From: Amphiscolops sp. MND2022
Lineage: Eukaryota
Length of the DNA stretch: 64,000 bases
Direction of reading: 5' to 3'
Assembly (NCBI GenBank): GCA_964187785.1
Contig: OZ076409.1
Span: 45,634,001-45,698,000 of the forward strand
The notes beneath the pieces were generated by a model that saw only the letters and a list, made by a program, of their open reading frames with translations, made no database searches and was not told the origin of the DNA. The translations under genes were made by a program, and so were the position numbers. This document shows, piece by piece, positions 58,727-64,000 of the stretch; position 1 is the first letter of the stretch; every line of letters starts with the position of its first letter.

Positions 58727-61700
58727 TGTTATAGTCTTGCGAAATACGAAATGTTGAATGTTGTAATGAATGTATTAAGATTGATGCAGGATGCAAAATG
58801 CCGAAAGGTAGATGTAATGTAAATGGCAACAGCAGCGTTTCGAATGAATATGTAACGGTCTATACTTCTTTTGACAGGTAATGATAACATGTTTACAAAT
58901 ATGTCTGTTTTGCAACGTTACACTCTATAACACTCCCCGTTTTAATTACAAATGTACGGGTACTTCCAATCATAGCTCAGTTATCACATTATCAAGGTAT
59001 TACGAGGTTAGGATTAATGTTAATGTTAAATGTGGATTAACTGCACTTTCAATGTTAATGTTGCTAGCTTCAGGTATTCATGTAAATGTAAACAAATGTA
59101 AATGTGGTTATTAATTGTATTCAGTTATTCAGTTAAAATTTCAATGTAAAAGTTTTGTGGATGTTCTCTTGATTACTCCGGTATTCCTTTTCGGGAATCT
59201 TCTGGGTTGTCTACAGCCATTATCACGTCAATGCCATAACGCTGGGTAGCCTTTTTCTTCCGGGTGGGCTGGTCCCGAGGATTTGGCTTTTTGACAGTTC
59301 CGGTTGACTGCTTTGGTTTCGCCACTTTCTCAGGTTTTGCCGTTACGAGGGAAGTTGGCGACTCTTCCAATTTGGTGGTTTTTGAACAGCACGGCTCATC
59401 TTCATGTTGCTTGTTTTACTCTTCCGAGGATGTTTTCTGATTCTAAGTCGTTTCAATTGGTGTTATTTCACAGCATTTGTCTGAGGTTGGGGCTGGTCCT
59501 TCGTCATCTGACATCTCTTCTTCCATTATGACCGCTTCTCTTGGCGAATCACGGACTTCCGCCACCTTCTTTTTTGTCTTATTGGCCTGCTCCTTTGGGG
59601 GGGGGGTTGTGGCTTTTGCCACGTCTCTCATTGCTAATTTGGTAGCTTTCTTTTTTCCTTGTGGAACGAAGGTGATGGTGTGCTCAGTTTCTTCGAGTAC
59701 CCTTCCTCTCTTCTTGCTGGTTCCAGCTTGCTACCCCGCGTTCTCTCCCTCACTAAGATGGTGGAGTCTATTTCTTCTTCAAAATCTGAGGTTGCAAAGG
59801 TGGCTTTGCTGTCCTGTTCTAAAACACCCTTGGGCTTCCTTAACCATTCATTCAAGATATTACTTTTAACCGTATTCGGCTCTCCCCCGTGTGGTTTTTC
59901 AAATGGAGACGTCCCGTCCGCCTTCTTCCCTATCCGCAATGAGTAGAGAATTTAAGACAATCCCGAGTTGTGTTTCTTTAAGATTATGTTCTTATTTATG
60001 CGTAGCCGCTCGTTGATGGTTCTGATCAATCTTTCGATCTTACCATTCCCTCGGTGATCCCTCACCGGACAAAAACATCTTTTATGCAAAATTGCTGAAA
60101 GTTTTTTTGATTTGTTCACTCATGAATGCCGTCCCGGGTCCGATCTTATCCTTCTTGGATTTCCATACTTTGCCATATAATTTTTTAAAAAATCGGTCAC
60201 TTTCTTAGTTGTTGGTTCGTGTAAAAACATCGCGTCCGGCCAAGCTGAAACATTATCTAACGAAACTAGCAAATATTTTTTTCCTTGTTTAGCGTTCTGA
60301 AACAGGCCTGCGAAATCGATAGCTATTTCTTCGTTCGGTTCCGATGACTGCGTAATTTGCCCGTATTCCTTTTGTTTCTGAAGTAATTTAACGTTCTTAC
60401 CTGCTTGACTACAGTCCTCGCAGAATCTGGCCGTATTGATGACCTCACGGTGGATTTTAGGCCACCAGATGTCGGAGATTCCTCTAACATTGTATCCCTT
60501 CCAGGATGACCGTATTGTATAATAGACGCGCGAAGATTTAACGGAATTACCAGCCGGTTATCCAAGTAAAGGACGTTACGTTTGTCGAGGCTCAGAGAAA
60601 TAAACTTTTCTCTCCACGACTATGGCAATCTGGAAGTTTTCCCCCTTCCTGGGTTTTTCCTAATTTTATTATTTTCTGCAATTGTTTGTCGGCCTCGTAA
60701 TTAGCCGGTAAAAACGCTTCGTTTATTCTGTCAATTGCCGCACTCATGCGTAAATTGTTTACTTGACTTTTTACAGGATTATACGCACCACTGATTTCTG
60801 TCGCGTTGTTCTTAACTCGACCGTACGGCGATTTGATTGGCTGTCGCATATCGTGCTTCTCATCGCCTGATGGTGCTTTGCTGCTTTTCTCATTTTCAAC
60901 TTTCAATATTGAATCTTTTGCGCGTGTCAAAATTTTCTCTTTCTGCGTCACCCTCGGTTGCGCCGTATCCCCTGAAATAAATTAAAGTTAGAAGTGACAT
61001 TTACGGTGACCCAGTCATTCCACAGCTCCTCCGCTTGGATTGTTGCTCCCTTCATTTTGCTTGGATGCCTTGACAAGTAATCGGCAAAGCCTAACACTCG
61101 TCCAGGGGCGTGGGTTACTTCGAAATCGAACGGTAATAAACGGTCAACCCATCTCGTTAATCGACTGGAAAACCAGGTCATTACCTCGATTAGGTCTCAA
61201 CACCGACGATAGCGTCTTATGATCTGAAATAACGTGAAATTTGACACCGTACACAAAATTTTGAAAGTGTTCAATGGCCCACACGACGGCCAGCAATTGG
61301 ACTCAAACTCAGTTAAGAATCTAGATGCAAATGACACAGGTTTCTAATCTTGGGTACTTCGCTGTTGCTGAAACACTGCTCTCAATACCTTTTTACTTGC
61401 ATCACAAACTATTCTGATTAGTCTATCTCTTTTAAAATGTGTCAGTTCTGTAAATTTCTTCAGTTCTTGGTTAACTTTTAAAAACGCCTCCTCATGCTGT
61501 TCTGTCCAAATCCAAGGAATATCTTTCTTTAAAATTAATCTAAAAGGAAAACAAATACTGGCAAGGTCTGGCACAAATTTATCTATTTGATTGACTGCTC
61601 TTAGAGACGATCTCAGTTCCTTAAAACTGGTTGGTCTCGCTTTTTCACTGATGCCTTGGACTTTTCCGTTTACTGGGGAAATGCCGCTTCCCGATAATTC

Positions 61701-64000
61701 GTACCCAAGCCACTCGATCTTTTAACAGGCTATTTTACCTTTATCTACTTTCAGTTGCAAATTCGCTTTATCTACTATGTTCATTACTTCTCTGACTTTT
61801 TGCATATGTACATGTTTACTACCTTTAGTTACAATTAAAATATCGTCAATATTTAATAAAAATGTACAGTCGATAATTACAGGGGTCAGATCCATCACTT
61901 TCTGAAATTCCGTGGGCATAATCGTTAGCCCATATTGCCGTTATAAACCGGTACGTACCGGTGGATTTTCCTCCGATGATTTGAAAGTTACGATGTCGCG
62001 CTGTATTTTCATGTAAAGGTACTTGTCCGTAGGCATGTTTTAAATCGACTGATGAATACAAAACTTCGCCTTCTTGTCCTTCAATTTTTTCCGCTATCAT
62101 GTCCATTAAATTTTCTAAGTTGGGCATTTGATATTTATTTTTTGCAATAGATTCGTTCAACGCTCTCGCGTCTAGGGCGATTTTGAATGACCCATCCTTT
62201 TTCACAGTAACAACTACAGGTTGTATGAACACATCATCTTTTATAGTATCAACTCTTTCAATGTGCCCCTTCTCTAGTAAATTGTTGATCTCTCTGTCAA
62301 CCTGTTCTTGTAACTGTATAACTGTACCGGGATGCGCCTGCCCTTTTGTTGAGTGACGCGCGCGCCTTCCTTCATGTCTATTTTAATTGAGTAATTACTT
62401 ACACAACCGCGTCTTTCAAACAGATCAGGGAATTCCGCCTTTACTTGCTTTACTTCAGCACTTAGCTGGACCTCAGGTTTTGCTTTCTCTCTGACTACGC
62501 AATTTATTGAATTCTCACCTTCCTCTGTTGAATGGACGATTTTGTATCGAAGAGCAGTTAGCCAATCACGGCCCACTTTTGGCCTTGTGCCTCTCCTTGC
62601 TACCAGTACTCTTGCCTTTGTGACACTGATTCCGTTGACTTGCAAACTCACGAACATGTACCCCAGCGAGGGTAACTGCTTTCTGTTAAAATCAACATAT
62701 CGCTCATTGTCAATCATTTCTCGCACCACTACTCGTTGTTTCCCCACAATTCTCTGAAGTTCATCTATTGGGAAAACTGACACTGATGATCCTGTATCAA
62801 TGATTGCTTTAAATGCATTGGCGCACAACAATCCTTCGATCATAAATGGGTTCGTTCCTTCACCATTTACCTGTAACACCATCTCGTCGTCTTCCAGTTC
62901 GCCTTCTTCCTCTTCTGACACGTAATTAATTCTTCTTGGTTCCTTTCGTTTATTTGTCATTCTTTGTTGCATGTCTCTTTTACGTTGTGGATATTTTTGG
63001 ATACAACATTTTTCCAGATGTCCCATTATTGAACAAAACTCGCATTGATGATTCTTAGCCAGGCATTTCTATAAATGTTCCAAATCAAAATTTTCGGCTC
63101 CACAACGATAACATTACCTTCGATTGGTTTTATCGACTGCGAATACCGGCTCACTTTTTGTCTTCCTTTGCTCCGCAGCGCTTGTACCCATCGATCGCTG
63201 TCTTTTTAGTCCTTCTTCATATGATACGGCATACTGTAAGGCATCTAACGGGTTTGCAAAGGGTTCTACGCACAATCTTTCTTGAACCTTCCTGTTATTC
63301 ATATTTAAAATGAATACATCGTGCACTAGAGTTTGGGTTATGTCTCCCAATTCGCATCTTGCTGCTTACATGTTTAACGCATGCGAGAATTGTTGCAACG
63401 ATTCCGTTGGCAATTGTTGTCGCGATAGAAAATGATTGTCTGTCCAATGTTCTGTTTCTCTCAATCCGAAAACAGCTTTCGCAATTTTCTAACATCTGAG
63501 TAGCTTGCAACGACCAAATTGATGTTTCTGTGTATTCGTTTCGGAGCATTTTCCGACCAGTTTCCCCCAATGATAGGAACATCATGCTCACCACTTTCTT
63601 GTTTGCTGCTTCATCTGCTATATCCCCCAGAAGTGACTTTACCTGGGATTTGCCTCATCCACCGTTCTAGTCAATTCGTTCAGTGATATGGAATACTTCG
63701 CCATCATTGCTACTTAAAACAGGTCAATCCATTTCTCCCATTATTGACTGCGATTTTGAAGCTTCATGCCAGAATAGAGGCAACCCAGCTAATAATGAAT
63801 TCGTTGAAGACGGGCTTGCTGACGATGACGAAGTTGATGCTCGCAGCGCCGTTATAGTCTTGCGAAATACGAATTGTTGAATGTTGTAAAGAATGTATTA
63901 AGATTGATGCAGTATGTAAAATGTCGAAATGTAGATGTATTGTTAATGGCAACAGCAGCGTTTCCAATGAATATGTAATGGTCTATACTTCTTTTGACAT
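58727..64000 (-). mobile_element. Decayed Ty3/Gypsy (Mag-like) LTR retrotransposon (element 4); 5' LTR runs off the window
   Basis: 3' LTR at 58727-58932 is repeated from 63851 onward, with the PPT complement CTCCCC at 58933. PBS-like GGCGCTGCGAGCA on the minus strand at about 63838-63850. Disrupted gag, IIDTGS, NIDDIL, VCDASK, DYLSRHP and GHPG fragments. Confidence 0.9.

Overview
This is eukaryotic (invertebrate-like animal) genomic DNA, not prokaryotic. A single host gene spans most of the window: a 13-exon, + strand soluble guanylate cyclase (H-NOX, PAS, coiled-coil, cyclase; ATG 8919, provisional end about 56510, about 804 aa). It has the distal-pocket Tyr of O2-binding atypical sGCs and lacks one catalytic Asp. 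Introns and flanks are filled with Ty3/Gypsy LTR retrotransposons: the 3' half of a large element (1-8071), a 2.45-kb solo LTR (11823-14275), a decayed 14-kb element with tandemly duplicated 3' ends (15130-31559), a young intact element (38278-44121) and a decayed minus-strand element (58727 to the window end). There are also many copies of a Helentron/HINE-like repeat, LINE fragments, a foldback hairpin and a minisatellite. The most notable observation is that two distinct Gypsy families carry, between pol and the 3' LTR, an antisense gene for a BED-zinc-finger, hAT-transposase-like protein that appears catalytically degenerate. It is clearly spliced in element 1 and decayed in element 2. These two families and the solo LTR also have long LTRs containing what appears to be the start of gag. 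All family assignments come from manual reading and motif recognition, without database searches.
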